Assembly: GCA_013203315.1 (NCBI GenBank)
Contig: JABMQJ010000020.1
Span: 32,001 to 96,000 of the forward strand
DNA from: Candidatus Omnitrophota bacterium
GTDB taxonomy: Bacteria > Omnitrophota > Gorgyraeia > JABMRN01 > RBG-13-46-9
Direction of reading: 5' to 3'
DNA: 64,000 bases
Both the position numbers and the translations under genes were made by a program. The stretch's first letter is position 1, and each line of letters starts with the position of its first letter. The notes under the pieces were generated by a model. It made no database searches, was not told the origin of the DNA, and saw only the letters and a program-made list of their open reading frames with translations. Shown one piece after another: positions 9,166 through 19,194 of this stretch.

Positions 9166-10935
9166 TTATAGCCGTTTATAAAGAAATCCCGGCACTTCGT
9201 ATCTTTGACAGTTGAGCATAATTCCCAAGCTTTTAGGCCCGACCGGAACCAATCTCTCCAATGCCATTTTTGCCACTTCCCTCCTTGTCGAACCAGCTTT
9301 AATTACAAATAGCGCATAATCAAAAGAAGATGAGATGGCCAAGGTAGCGCTATTAAGCCCGCAGCTGGACGAATCGAAAATAATATAATCAAATTTGTTT
9401 TTGAGGTTTATAATAAAATCTTTCAATCGTTCGAAATCCAAAGGTTTATTCAAAGAATTCTCTACGCCGCTGGGAATAAAAAACAAATTATTTAAACGGG
9501 TAGTCAGGATAATATTCCGGACGCTATCTTCTTTATCCGCAAAATTGATAAGTCCGGGTTCATGGCTTGTCTCGAATAATTTATGTAAGCATGGGTGCAC
9601 GGTATCCGCATCCACCAAAAGAATCTTTTTATCCACATTTTTGCTGAGTGTCAAGGCAAGATTCAAGGCAGTTACGGTCTTACCTTCTCCTCTGGAAGAA
9701 CTGGTTACCAGCAGGGCTTTAACCGGAGATGCTGAAAATACTTTAATTGCGTTTAACAATTCCTGATATGATTCAAAAACTACTCCTTCGGGTTTAGTAA
9801 ATAACGTATCAACATTCGGCAAAGACCCGATTGATCCCACAATGCTATAGCCGAGATATTTCTTTATATCTTCACGCGTATACAAACGATGATCCATATA
9901 ATTGGCCCAAAACACCATCCCCATGCCGCCAAAAACTCCTAAGAAAATTGCTGCTAAAATATTTATGCGTTTCTTTGGCCAAACCGGTTTGATTGGTACG
10001 GTAGCCGGCTCGATGATCTCAATATTGCGGACCTGTCCGATTTTGTCTTTTTCCATTGCTACGGCGATCTGCATTTCCTCCCGTTTTTTAAGAAGCATTA
10101 AATAAATTTCTTTTAAATTTTCCGTGGTATATTCCATACGGCGTAATTGCATTTTTTTTTGCGGAAAATCTTTAAGTTTTTCCTTAATATTTTGTATTTC
10201 TGTCCGGGCCGCATTTATATCAGGGTAGCCGGCTTTGTATTCTTCCAATAAGTACACAAGGTGTTTTTCTTCGTCAAATAATTTTTCCAGAGAAATCCTT
10301 GCCTCGTCTCTGAGAGAAACAATATCGTAATTTTCTTCGTAATCTCTTAATGCGGCCTCGGCGTTACCAAGGCTAACATTAACAACGTTTATCTGGGCAT
10401 CTATAAACTCGAGGACACTCGAAGAACGTGTTGCCTTTATTTTAAAATAAAAGTCAACGTAATTTTTGGTAACAGCGTTAACAATCTGGACCCCTAATAA
10501 CCTGTCTTGCAAATCCAGGCGAATACTTATAAAATCCGTATTTCTTACGGGAGCGATTTTAAGTTTTCTTTTGAGAAATAATACTGCTTTTTCAAATTTA
10601 TACTCGCCTTTTATGGGAAGTTTTTCGGCTAACGACAAATCTATTACTGTTTTTTCCAAAACACGGCGGGTTTTAATAAATCTGACCTGCGTGCTCATTA
10701 AAGATAATCTGTCGACAAATTCGGAAATAGGTACTTTAAGGGGGGTCAGTGGTTCTTCTTCGGCTTTTTCAACAAGAATTATTGTTTCTGCACGGTAAAA
10801 TGGCTTTAGGGCAAACGAGAGAACTGTAACAGAAATAATCAGGCCAAAAAAGAAGGTAAGAAAAATGGCTTTTCTTCGAAAAAGTATTATGCAATAATCC
10901 CGAAGCGTAGGTTGTCTACTTATATTATTTGCCAC
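9166..10935 (-). CDS. wzc: Wzc-like polysaccharide co-polymerase fused to BY-kinase domain
   Basis: Two TM segments around a coiled periplasmic region, PVWPKK, Walker A SSSRGEGKT, LLVDAD. Confidence 0.85.
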   Translation of the reverse strand: MANNISRQPTLRDYCIILFRRKAIFLTFFFGLIISVTVLSFALKPFYRAETIILVEKAEEEPLTPLKVPISEFVDRLSLMSTQVRFIKTRRVLEKTVIDLSLAEKLPIKGEYKFEKAVLFLKRKLKIAPVRNTDFISIRLDLQDRLLGVQIVNAVTKNYVDFYFKIKATRSSSVLEFIDAQINVVNVSLGNAEAALRDYEENYDIVSLRDEARISLEKLFDEEKHLVYLLEEYKAGYPDINAARTEIQNIKEKLKDFPQKKMQLRRMEYTTENLKEIYLMLLKKREEMQIAVAMEKDKIGQVRNIEIIEPATVPIKPVWPKKRINILAAIFLGVFGGMGMVFWANYMDHRLYTREDIKKYLGYSIVGSIGSLPNVDTLFTKPEGVVFESYQELLNAIKVFSASPVKALLVTSSSRGEGKTVTALNLALTLSKNVDKKILLVDADTVHPCLHKLFETSHEPGLINFADKEDSVRNIILTTRLNNLFFIPSGVENSLNKPLDFERLKDFIINLKNKFDYIIFDSSSCGLNSATLAISSSFDYALFVIKAGSTRREVAKMALERLVPVGPKSLGIMLNCQRYEVPGFLYKRL

Positions 10936-10979
10936 TTTTTCTCCTTCTGGCGGCAGTATCGGATGTCACGGCTATTTTT

Positions 10980-11699
10980 TTAATAACTTTTAGTAAGTTG
11001 CCATTGAATTGACGGATTTATTTTACGCGTGAAAAATTCTAAGAAATCGTCCAATTTTGATATAAAACTTTTTGGAACAAATATAACGTCGTTTGGCTGA
11101 AGTAAAATATTTTCCTCCGTTTTACTCGCTTTAAGTATTTTCTTCATGTTTACGCGCATGGCCTTCGGTGTGCCATCGAGGTCACGGCGTATCAAAATAA
11201 CACTATCTAATACAGCAGAATTCTTCGTATAAGCTGCCATGGCAATGGCTTCAACGATAGTAAGGCGGCCCGTTAGAGGGTACATCCCCGGTTTTCCCAC
11301 TTCGCCGAGGACGCATATTTTTTTACTCGAGAAATTTCTTACAATAACGGTTACCCTAGGATCCTTGATAAGCTCACTTAATCCCTGGGTTACCGATTTA
11401 TCCAGTTCTTTCGGCGTAAGGCCGCTTACTTCTATGTCATCAAGAATTGGAAGAGATATTTTACCGTCCGGCCTTACCGTAACAGTTGCGGAGAGGTCCG
11501 GGTGACGCCATACAAATACTTCCAACACGTCTTCTGGTCCGATAATATAATCAAAATTTTTCATGATGGCCTCTGCGTCTCGCTCGTACGACTTCTCGGC
11601 TTCAATCGCATTTCCTCCGTCAGCAAAAAGCAGACCGGACATACTAACCGTTAAAACGAACAATATTAAAAAGTTTATGATGTTGAAATTTTTCTTCAT
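10980..11699 (-). CDS. wza: Polysaccharide export protein (Wza/Poly_export + SLBB)
   Basis: YIIGPEDVLEVFVW...VRPDGKISLP...VLGEVGKPG...LQPNDVIFVP. Start at MKKNF gives a signal peptide. Confidence 0.85.
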   Translation of the reverse strand: MKKNFNIINFLILFVLTVSMSGLLFADGGNAIEAEKSYERDAEAIMKNFDYIIGPEDVLEVFVWRHPDLSATVTVRPDGKISLPILDDIEVSGLTPKELDKSVTQGLSELIKDPRVTVIVRNFSSKKICVLGEVGKPGMYPLTGRLTIVEAIAMAAYTKNSAVLDSVILIRRDLDGTPKAMRVNMKKILKASKTEENILLQPNDVIFVPKSFISKLDDFLEFFTRKINPSIQWQLTKSY

Positions 11700-11940
11700 A
11701 TGTTTATATCGGTAATATCTTGCCATTTTTGCCACCATTGTATATTGCACATCATATCATAAACAGGTTATAGCCCTTTGCTCTTAATAAAGTATACCTG
11801 CTTTTACGCTTAGTATGGTAATATTAGTAAAATAATACAGTAAAAGTAATGCAATGGTAATATTGCAAATTTCATTTATATTTTTATTCGCTGGTAAATA
11901 TGACGTATGTGGCTCTGGTAATTCTACTGGCTTGCCAGAT

Positions 11941-13167
11941 TTAGCGGCCCTTTTTAAGCTCTGCGTTCATTAGGCGCGTGGCTTCTTTGAGTGCCTTTTT
12001 TGTGTCGACTTTTGTAAGAACGACTTTTTGTATGGCCTGGTTCACAAATCTTGTGCTTGTTTCCCAAACTACAATCGGTGGCGGGCCCTTCGTGTCCAAG
12101 GCTTGCGCTTTTAATACTTTTTTAAATTTTTCGTCCATAGGCAAAACGTCCCACGTATTCATGTTGGGAGGGAGATAGGTGTCTTGTGCTTGCCACGCTT
12201 TTTCGTAAAGTGCTATCTGGGTTTTTGGCTCAAACAGGAATTTTATAAATTGCCATGCCTCATTCTTGTTACCGGATTGGGCGAAGATTCCCATTATTCT
12301 TCCGCCTATGAATCCCGTTCCTTTACCTGAGGGCCCTTTTGGCAGAGGTGCAATTGACCATTTATCTTTAATTTCCGGGGCACTTATCATAAGCTCTACT
12401 ATTTTCCAGTTTCCGGATATAGCAAGAGGGAAGTCCCCTGTTCGCATACCTTGTTCGAGCGGAATTTGCGTCTTTGGAACACCTAGTTCGCTGTAAAGTT
12501 TTGCGAAAAACTCCATACCGCGAGCGGCTTCTTCTGTATCAAGGGTGCATACCGAGAAGTCGTCATTGTAGTAATCTCCACCGGCCTGCCACAAATAAGC
12601 GGAATAACCTATCCAATTTAAAGAACCCCACTCAAATATCATGCCCTTTTGCTGCTTTTTCAATTCTTTTAAGGCTTCGGTAAGTGCAAACCATGTCTCC
12701 GGAGGATGAGGTATTATATCGTTTCTGTAATACATGATTTGTTCTGTCATATCGAATGGTATGCCGTACACTCTTCCTCTATAATCTACAGATTCCCATA
12801 TACCGGGAAAAATCTTATCTTTTATGGTGCTTACGTCTTCGGGAAACATCTCACCCAGATCAATCATAGCACCTAAAGTACCGAACTCCGTACCCCAGGT
12901 AAGACCCATTGTTCCTATATCGGGGGTAACGCCTCCAGCGATAGAAATTAGATACTTAGCGTGTGCCTCACCCCATGAAACTGCTTCACATCTTACTTTT
13001 ATTCCTGTTTTGGCCAAAAATTCTTTCGCTACCTCGTTTACACTCATGGCCTGGCTTTCGGAACCTACAAGCCACATTACAAGTTCCTTTTCCTTGATGA
13101 TTTTCGTGCCGCAACCGAAAGTAGACAAAAGCACCGCGATACATAATAGCAAAAGAATCCTTTTCAT
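11941..13167 (-). CDS. Sugar ABC transporter substrate-binding lipoprotein (CUT1 family)
   Basis: Lipobox-like TFGC; PDI, YGIPF, MYYRND and APLPKGP motifs of SBP_bac_1/8. Confidence 0.88.
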   Translation of the reverse strand: MKRILLLLCIAVLLSTFGCGTKIIKEKELVMWLVGSESQAMSVNEVAKEFLAKTGIKVRCEAVSWGEAHAKYLISIAGGVTPDIGTMGLTWGTEFGTLGAMIDLGEMFPEDVSTIKDKIFPGIWESVDYRGRVYGIPFDMTEQIMYYRNDIIPHPPETWFALTEALKELKKQQKGMIFEWGSLNWIGYSAYLWQAGGDYYNDDFSVCTLDTEEAARGMEFFAKLYSELGVPKTQIPLEQGMRTGDFPLAISGNWKIVELMISAPEIKDKWSIAPLPKGPSGKGTGFIGGRIMGIFAQSGNKNEAWQFIKFLFEPKTQIALYEKAWQAQDTYLPPNMNTWDVLPMDEKFKKVLKAQALDTKGPPPIVVWETSTRFVNQAIQKVVLTKVDTKKALKEATRLMNAELKKGR

Positions 13168-13178
13168 TTGATCCTCTT

Positions 13179-14429
13179 TTAACTTATTTTAGCGAAAATT
13201 TTCTGTATAACAAGAGCGCCTGCGCCTACGGCAACAGCATTTTCCCCCAAGCTTGTCGGAATAACTTTAACTACCTTAACCGCTTCTTCATAGCCCCACA
13301 TCTTAACGGTATTTTTCACCGCTTCCATCAGGACCTCGCCGGCCTTTTCAATGCCTCTTCCTATGACAACGGCTTCCGGATTAAAAAGATTTATCAAATA
13401 CGCGATTTTAGTTCCCAGATACGCCCCCGCTTCCTGTAAAAACTCTACGGCAAGCTTATCGTCGTCTTTAGCCGCTTTTGTCACTATGCTAAATGTGATT
13501 TTATCTAAATCTCCTTTTACCATATCCAAAATCTTGGATTTCGCGTCTTTATTTTTTTGGAAATATATCTTGGAATATGTCGGAATACCTAAATCTATGC
13601 CCCTTGAACGAAGACAACAACCATGGCTATAACCCTCCCAGCAACGAAGCGAAGATTCTCCGGGAGGATTGATATTGAGTTCCCCCGCGCTTTTAGTAGC
13701 ACCGTAATAAAGCTCCCCTTTTATAATCATTCCCACGCTTGAGTCGGAACATATAAATAATATATTTTCAACACCTTCCTCGAGGCCTATTCCCGCCCAT
13801 TTTTCACCCAAAGCTGCAGCCATGGAATCGTGTTCTACGACACTATGCATGTTAAACTTGCCTTCTACCGACTTCTGCAAGGCTGCATAGCTAAACGTTT
13901 CTCCTTTTTCGACAGCATAACGGGCCGTGCCCTTGTACCTATCCAGAGGCCCCCATATGCCGAACCCGACTCCCTTTATCTTTTCTTTTTCTATGCCGCT
14001 TTTTTTGACGAGCCTCTCGATAAGATCGTTTACCCTTTCTATGAATTTATCCTGCCCTTCTTCGCACTTTTTTACTACCTCTTTAGCCACAACCTTTGAG
14101 GTCACGTCTAAAAGACAGGCTGTAAGCACGGTATCCTCTACAATGTGCGGCGCTCCTAAATCAACGCCTATGCTGTAACCATATTCCTTGTTAAGCCGTA
14201 GAAGTTCCGGACGTCTTCCTCCCGTGGAAATATCAAGGCCCGTCTCGTAGGCTAGGCCCTTCTTTATATACGTATTAACGTAATTGGAAACCGTAACTAT
14301 GTTAAGGCCGGTTAGTTTTGAAATGTCGGCGCGCGAAACCTCTCTTTTTCGTCTTATAGTATCCAGTATGTCGAGATTTCTTCTTTCTTTTTCAGTCAGG
14401 CGATCTTCTTTTTCAGTAAAGTCTTTCAC
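13179..14429 (-). CDS. ROK family transcriptional regulator (NagC/XylR-like)
   Basis: N-terminal HTH (SRADISKLTGLNIVTVSNYV), GGRRP, IGVDLG, EHDSMAAALGE, NPEAVVIG. Confidence 0.92.
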   Translation of the reverse strand: MKDFTEKEDRLTEKERRNLDILDTIRRKREVSRADISKLTGLNIVTVSNYVNTYIKKGLAYETGLDISTGGRRPELLRLNKEYGYSIGVDLGAPHIVEDTVLTACLLDVTSKVVAKEVVKKCEEGQDKFIERVNDLIERLVKKSGIEKEKIKGVGFGIWGPLDRYKGTARYAVEKGETFSYAALQKSVEGKFNMHSVVEHDSMAAALGEKWAGIGLEEGVENILFICSDSSVGMIIKGELYYGATKSAGELNINPPGESSLRCWEGYSHGCCLRSRGIDLGIPTYSKIYFQKNKDAKSKILDMVKGDLDKITFSIVTKAAKDDDKLAVEFLQEAGAYLGTKIAYLINLFNPEAVVIGRGIEKAGEVLMEAVKNTVKMWGYEEAVKVVKVIPTSLGENAVAVGAGALVIQKIFAKIS

Positions 14430-14444
14430 ATCACACCTCTTTTT

Positions 14445-16616
14445 TTAAACTAAACTCGAAGCGAGTTTAGGGTCAAGTTTTAGTAAAAATTCTTTTACGT
14501 TTTTATCGTGGCGCGCCATAGCAAAAGGGATACCCCAAAGGCTCATGTTGCGCACATATAGCTCACCATCACCGAGCGCACCGTCTTTGGAAAAAACTAC
14601 GTCCGGCTGGGCCCAAACATTTTTTCTTTTATAAACAAAATTTTCCCAGGTTCTTTTGGCAATATCCAGCGCTTCGTCAACAAAACCTTCATATATCGCC
14701 AGGCAGCAAAGCGCGTATGTTTCGCCCGTCCATACGTTTTCTGCATGATGATTTGAATGATCGATTTTCCCGTTGGGATAAACGGAATTAACGATACCGA
14801 ACTTACTCTTTTTTCCGTTTAGATTCAAAATTGTTTTAACGGCTTTTTTTACATGATCCTCGGGTAGTATATAACCCAGACCCAGAAGATGTGCGTACCA
14901 TTGCCCGTTAAGTTGGCCCGCGGTACAAGCATTATAACTGCTTTTTTTGGTTTTTCCCGCGATGTAATAAGAGCCGTTCCATAGTTCTTTTTCAAACGAA
15001 TGCTTTCCTCTTTTAAAATAATCTTCGCATTGTTTGTAGAAAGCGTTATCGCCCATAATGCGTGCCATTTTCATGGACGCAAGAAGGCTTGCTAAAAATA
15101 TGCCGGAAGAATATGAGCTTGTTCCGTAAAAATCCCAGAGATCGTAAGTCTGGTCTTTGCCTTCGTTGTCGGGAAGGCCGTTTCCGTCCTTATCCTGGGA
15201 GAATTCCCAGAGCATCGCCTTTTTTACGCTTTTATATATTTTTTTCAAAAACTTAATGTCGTCGGTCCAGAGGAAATCCCTGTATGCCATTAAGGCGTAC
15301 TTCGTGGAAAGGTCCTTCCACGGATGTCCGGCTGTCGTGCCATCCGACGGGCAGCCTATTTGCGATTTTCCAAGGTCGTGGGCGATGCGTCCGTCTTTTT
15401 TCTGGTACTTTTTAAAAAGGAGCATTGTGTTTTTTTCAAGCTCCGGGAAAAACATAGCAAGCGCAATTGTCCCGTAGTACCTAACGTCCAACGTACCCAT
15501 GAGAGGCCATTTTACCGGATTCTCATACATGACAAATTGGTTGTCTTTTGTCCACCAGCTTGCCGAGGTTATGGTCGAAAGATAATTTATAAGACCGTCT
15601 TTTAGCCAATTTTTTAAGGGTGCGGTTTTTATGGGATTTTGCCACCTGTCTATTTTCTTTAAAAATTCTTCTTTTCTTTTATGAACATAAACAGCCACAT
15701 CCCAGGAATCGCCGAACCAGTTCTGATACATGTGTCCGAGATAGTGGTTTGGCATAAACCATGTATAGTAAAAAGGAATTTCCTTTTCTTCATTTGGCTT
15801 TAATTTAAATTTAACTGCGAGTGCAGCCATCCATTCGTCACCCTCGCCCTGCGCTACCTTTCCGCCGTTCTCGTTGGGGAGTTCCCCATTTTCGCTGAAA
15901 AATCTCCATATGTCAAAACGCCTGTCTTCTATGTCACCCTTAAAATTATCCCTGACATAGGACCATTCGTTCTGGTAGGTAATATGGCCTACGTGCGGCA
16001 CCGATAGAGATATGTCACCTCGAGCGCCACCGTCCCACGGATGCGCGTTTTTCTTATAAAAACTTACCCCGGTAAGACCGTTTTTCCGTCTTACCTTGTT
16101 ATATCGGCCCACATTCCAGCTGCCGACCGCGTTTATGCCGGAAGCCATAATTGAAACGAGTGCTTTTTTGTTTGTTGTATTTTTTATTTTGAAACTATAT
16201 ATCGCTGAAGGGATGGAAGAATTTTTGTTATCCTCTTTTATGAAGGGTGAAAAAGCAAGAAGCGAAACATCTAGTTTTATATCTTTGTCTTTAAAACGAA
16301 GTTTGCCAACCGGAAAATTTGCTTCGAATTCTATTCTTTCTACGGTTGGGCATTTATTAAGAGGTGTAGTCTGGAGGAATTTACTTATTGATTTTTCGCC
16401 CTGTTTTATGAATATCGCGAAAGGATTCGAGACCCTATAGTCTTCCGCTGTTCCCGGCCTGTACCCATGAAGTTGGCCTAACGGTTTTTCCCAGTTGTTA
16501 AGCCCCGTAAAGGCGCCTCGTGTCCCGTCGGGAAAAAGTTGCAGTATCCCGCAGCCTATTCCACCGATTGGCAGCCCTGAAATAACATTGTCTTTTGATG
16601 TGTATTTTATAGACAC
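14445..16616 (-). CDS. Glycoside hydrolase family 116 (GBA2-like), no signal peptide
   Basis: SGLPIGGIGCG, TLDVRYY, AHDLG, DKDGNGLPDNEG-DQTYDLW, QLNGQWY, VWTG. Confidence 0.9.
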   Translation of the reverse strand: MSIKYTSKDNVISGLPIGGIGCGILQLFPDGTRGAFTGLNNWEKPLGQLHGYRPGTAEDYRVSNPFAIFIKQGEKSISKFLQTTPLNKCPTVERIEFEANFPVGKLRFKDKDIKLDVSLLAFSPFIKEDNKNSSIPSAIYSFKIKNTTNKKALVSIMASGINAVGSWNVGRYNKVRRKNGLTGVSFYKKNAHPWDGGARGDISLSVPHVGHITYQNEWSYVRDNFKGDIEDRRFDIWRFFSENGELPNENGGKVAQGEGDEWMAALAVKFKLKPNEEKEIPFYYTWFMPNHYLGHMYQNWFGDSWDVAVYVHKRKEEFLKKIDRWQNPIKTAPLKNWLKDGLINYLSTITSASWWTKDNQFVMYENPVKWPLMGTLDVRYYGTIALAMFFPELEKNTMLLFKKYQKKDGRIAHDLGKSQIGCPSDGTTAGHPWKDLSTKYALMAYRDFLWTDDIKFLKKIYKSVKKAMLWEFSQDKDGNGLPDNEGKDQTYDLWDFYGTSSYSSGIFLASLLASMKMARIMGDNAFYKQCEDYFKRGKHSFEKELWNGSYYIAGKTKKSSYNACTAGQLNGQWYAHLLGLGYILPEDHVKKAVKTILNLNGKKSKFGIVNSVYPNGKIDHSNHHAENVWTGETYALCCLAIYEGFVDEALDIAKRTWENFVYKRKNVWAQPDVVFSKDGALGDGELYVRNMSLWGIPFAMARHDKNVKEFLLKLDPKLASSLV

Positions 16617-16659
16617 GTTATCTTACTCGCCTAAAACTGCTTTGGTCTTTGGTGGCAGG

Positions 16660-17721
16660 TCACCTATTGACTTTTCTTTTATAAACTTCTTTTATATAAT
16701 CTTCGGCCAGTTTATTTTGAGGGGTAAAATTCCTGTTTGACTTTCCGCCCATTTTAACTGACGTGCCCCAATCCCACCAGTAAATACCATAAAACCATTC
16801 CTTGTCCCAGAATGTATCAATAACGGCTTTGTAGCAGTTTAGCTGTGTTTCCATGTCAGCCTTTGCGTTGGGTGCGCGTTCCCATGGTGAGCGTGCGGCT
16901 TGCGTTGCGCTGCAATATCCTGTTTCCGGAAATACAACCGGTTTATTGATTCTTTTTTGCCAGGCCTCTATTTCTGGAATCCATTTTTGCCACGCTTCCA
17001 TAAGCTCATCATATGTAGGGTTATCCTTATCGGATAACGGAAAATAAGCATCGATTCCCGCGTAGTCAAGGTCATCCCAGAATCTTATCTGGAGATATTC
17101 ATCGCTCCAGTTGGCAGCATACATCAAGGGTCCCTTATATACCTTTCTCACTTCTTTTATTATTTTTCTCCACTCGTCAACGTGATGCGTAGTCGCGCCG
17201 GTAAGTTCGGTTCCTACGCAAAACATCTCGACGCCGGTTTCCTGGGCTATTTTCGCGTAATGTATCATGAATTTTTCATAATTCTCGAACCATTTTTCCC
17301 AATCGGGCTCTGAAACGCAAGCTATGTCCCCTCTCCAGTTACCGAATTCCGTGCTTATAATATCAAGGTGCGGTTTCAGCAGTACCTTCATGCCGAGTGA
17401 ACGTGCCGTTACTATGGCGTGTTTTAAGCTTTCGTCGGTGGGTGTTTTTTCCGTTGAAAATATATCCGTCGCAAAGCAGTGATCCTGGTACCATGTTGTG
17501 AGAATTGTAACCCATTCGACATTCATGTTTTTTAACTTTTCGAGCGATGCATCAGATCTTTTTGAAGCGTAAGCTTTTTTATTCCACGTCGTATAACACA
17601 TGCCTTTCTGGAATACAGGGCCCGCATGCGCTTTTCCTACAAGACCAGCTACGCTTAAGAAACCTGCCAAAACAATGATAGGCGCTATTGCGATTAGAGA
17701 AACTTTAAAAACTTTATTCAT
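16660..17721 (-). CDS. Glycoside hydrolase family 113 (beta-mannanase-like), exported
   Basis: LKPHLD, WRGDI, VGTEL, YAANW, GIDAYFPL, PETGY, GIYWWDW; N-terminal signal or anchor. Confidence 0.87.
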   Translation of the reverse strand: MNKVFKVSLIAIAPIIVLAGFLSVAGLVGKAHAGPVFQKGMCYTTWNKKAYASKRSDASLEKLKNMNVEWVTILTTWYQDHCFATDIFSTEKTPTDESLKHAIVTARSLGMKVLLKPHLDIISTEFGNWRGDIACVSEPDWEKWFENYEKFMIHYAKIAQETGVEMFCVGTELTGATTHHVDEWRKIIKEVRKVYKGPLMYAANWSDEYLQIRFWDDLDYAGIDAYFPLSDKDNPTYDELMEAWQKWIPEIEAWQKRINKPVVFPETGYCSATQAARSPWERAPNAKADMETQLNCYKAVIDTFWDKEWFYGIYWWDWGTSVKMGGKSNRNFTPQNKLAEDYIKEVYKRKVNR

Positions 17722-17752
17722 TCCCGATCACCCTCCGTTCGATTTGTTCGGC

Positions 17753-18493
17753 TTATTTGCCAATTCTTAAGTTGTCGATGTACACCGGGCCTTTGTAAAC
17801 CGGCCTCTTATTCGATTCCACTCTTACGACAATCTTTCTTATGTCTTGTCTAAATGTTTCATCGGGAAGTACCCTTTTCCAGTCGTAGCTACCCGGTCCT
17901 ATGTCGCCCCTTATCGTAACCCACTCGCCGGGGATAAGAGGGACTGAGCGGGTCATCTCTGTCCATTTCCAGCTATCCCCCACTGTAAGAATTATCTTTG
18001 CCCTTAACCCAAGTGGCGTGTCTTCTGTGATATACACATCTACCGCGATTTCCCTGTAAGGGCTGAAGTCGAAATACTGTTCGTGCTCTATAATAGCTGC
18101 GCTCCATATTCTTCCCGGGAAGTTAGAGTTTACTTTAAGGCTTGAATTTCCTTCGCTTGCCACATCGCTTGAAATTTCTATGCTTTCGGCAACGTGGTCA
18201 TCTTTATCCAGGGCCCACTCGGGAACCTCCCAGCCATCTTCATCTTTTTCAAAACTGAATAAAACCATTTCTTCGGTTATGGGTTCACGTTCCGCATCCG
18301 CGGCGGTATCCTTTTCTTGAGCGGGTGTTTTTGGGGTAGCTTGTGGTTCGGCCTGCGTCGTAGCAGTTTCTTTTTTAACCGCTATTTTTGCAGAAGGGCC
18401 TTTCCCTTTCGGCTCTTCGGCTTTACCGCAACCCGAGGATATGATAGATAAAGATATAATAAGTGCTAAATAATAAAAGACTTTTTTTCGCAT
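17753..18493 (-). CDS. Lipoprotein with a stand-alone carbohydrate-binding (CBM-like beta-sandwich) domain
   Basis: Lipobox SSGC, Pro/Ala/Thr linker, then LFSFE...GW...SLKV...PGEW...VYIDNL. Confidence 0.7.
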   Translation of the reverse strand: MRKKVFYYLALIISLSIISSGCGKAEEPKGKGPSAKIAVKKETATTQAEPQATPKTPAQEKDTAADAEREPITEEMVLFSFEKDEDGWEVPEWALDKDDHVAESIEISSDVASEGNSSLKVNSNFPGRIWSAAIIEHEQYFDFSPYREIAVDVYITEDTPLGLRAKIILTVGDSWKWTEMTRSVPLIPGEWVTIRGDIGPGSYDWKRVLPDETFRQDIRKIVVRVESNKRPVYKGPVYIDNLRIGK

Positions 18494-18526
18494 GATTCCC
18501 CTCTCAAGATTATTTACAAACTGTGG

Positions 18527-18559
18527 ATAGTAGGGGGAGTTTAAACCTCCCCCTACTAT
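18527..18559. terminator. Strong intergenic stem-loop (terminator or mRNA-stabilizing hairpin)
   Basis: ATAGTAGGGGGA (18527-18538) is a perfect inverted repeat of TCCCCCTACTAT (18548-18559). There is no clear U-tract on the coding strand. Confidence 0.65.
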
Positions 18560-18586
18560 TTGTAGCTGTCCGTATATTAACGTATA

Positions 18587-19180
18587 TTATTCGCCCAATA
18601 CGATATTATCTATATAAATCGGGCCGCTATACGCCGGTTTATTTGTTTCGATTCTGATCGCGATTTTTCTTACGTCCGCTCTGAATTCATCTGTTGGCTT
18701 TGTTCGCCTCCAGTTGGTACTGCCTGGTTTTAGATTTGCTGATATGTGTGTCCATTCACCAGGTTTAAGTCTGACTGAGCGGCTCATTTCTGTCCACTTC
18801 CAGTCTTCGCCTACCGTAAGAATCATCTTCGCTCTCAAGCCTACGGGCGCGTCTTCCGGCACGTAGATATCGCATGCGAGCGTGCTGTATGGCGTCCAAT
18901 CGTAATACTCCATGATCTCTGCCACAGCGCCGTTCCATCTGTTGCCCGGGAAATTGACAGTTAGTTTAAGACTGCCTTTTCCGTCATTAGCAACGTCTTT
19001 GCTTACATCAAGCTCCTCGCCCAGGTAATCGTCCTGTTCGTAAGCCCAGTCGGGGATTTCCCAACCTTCTGTATCTTCGCCTTCAAAGGAAAAAAGCACT
19101 TGATCTTCTGCAAAAGTGCTTCCTGATGCGAGGAATACAACTGCTGTAAGCAGTGCCGCTATAAAAAATAGCTTCTTCAT
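18587..19180 (-). CDS. Exported stand-alone CBM-like protein, paralog of 17753-18493
   Basis: Signal peptide (TFA-ED); shared blocks GLRAKxILTVGxxWKWTEMxRSV, PGEW and YIDN; GGAGG RBS. Confidence 0.72.
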   Translation of the reverse strand: MKKLFFIAALLTAVVFLASGSTFAEDQVLFSFEGEDTEGWEIPDWAYEQDDYLGEELDVSKDVANDGKGSLKLTVNFPGNRWNGAVAEIMEYYDWTPYSTLACDIYVPEDAPVGLRAKMILTVGEDWKWTEMSRSVRLKPGEWTHISANLKPGSTNWRRTKPTDEFRADVRKIAIRIETNKPAYSGPIYIDNIVLGE

Positions 19181-19194
19181 ACGTACACCTCCTT

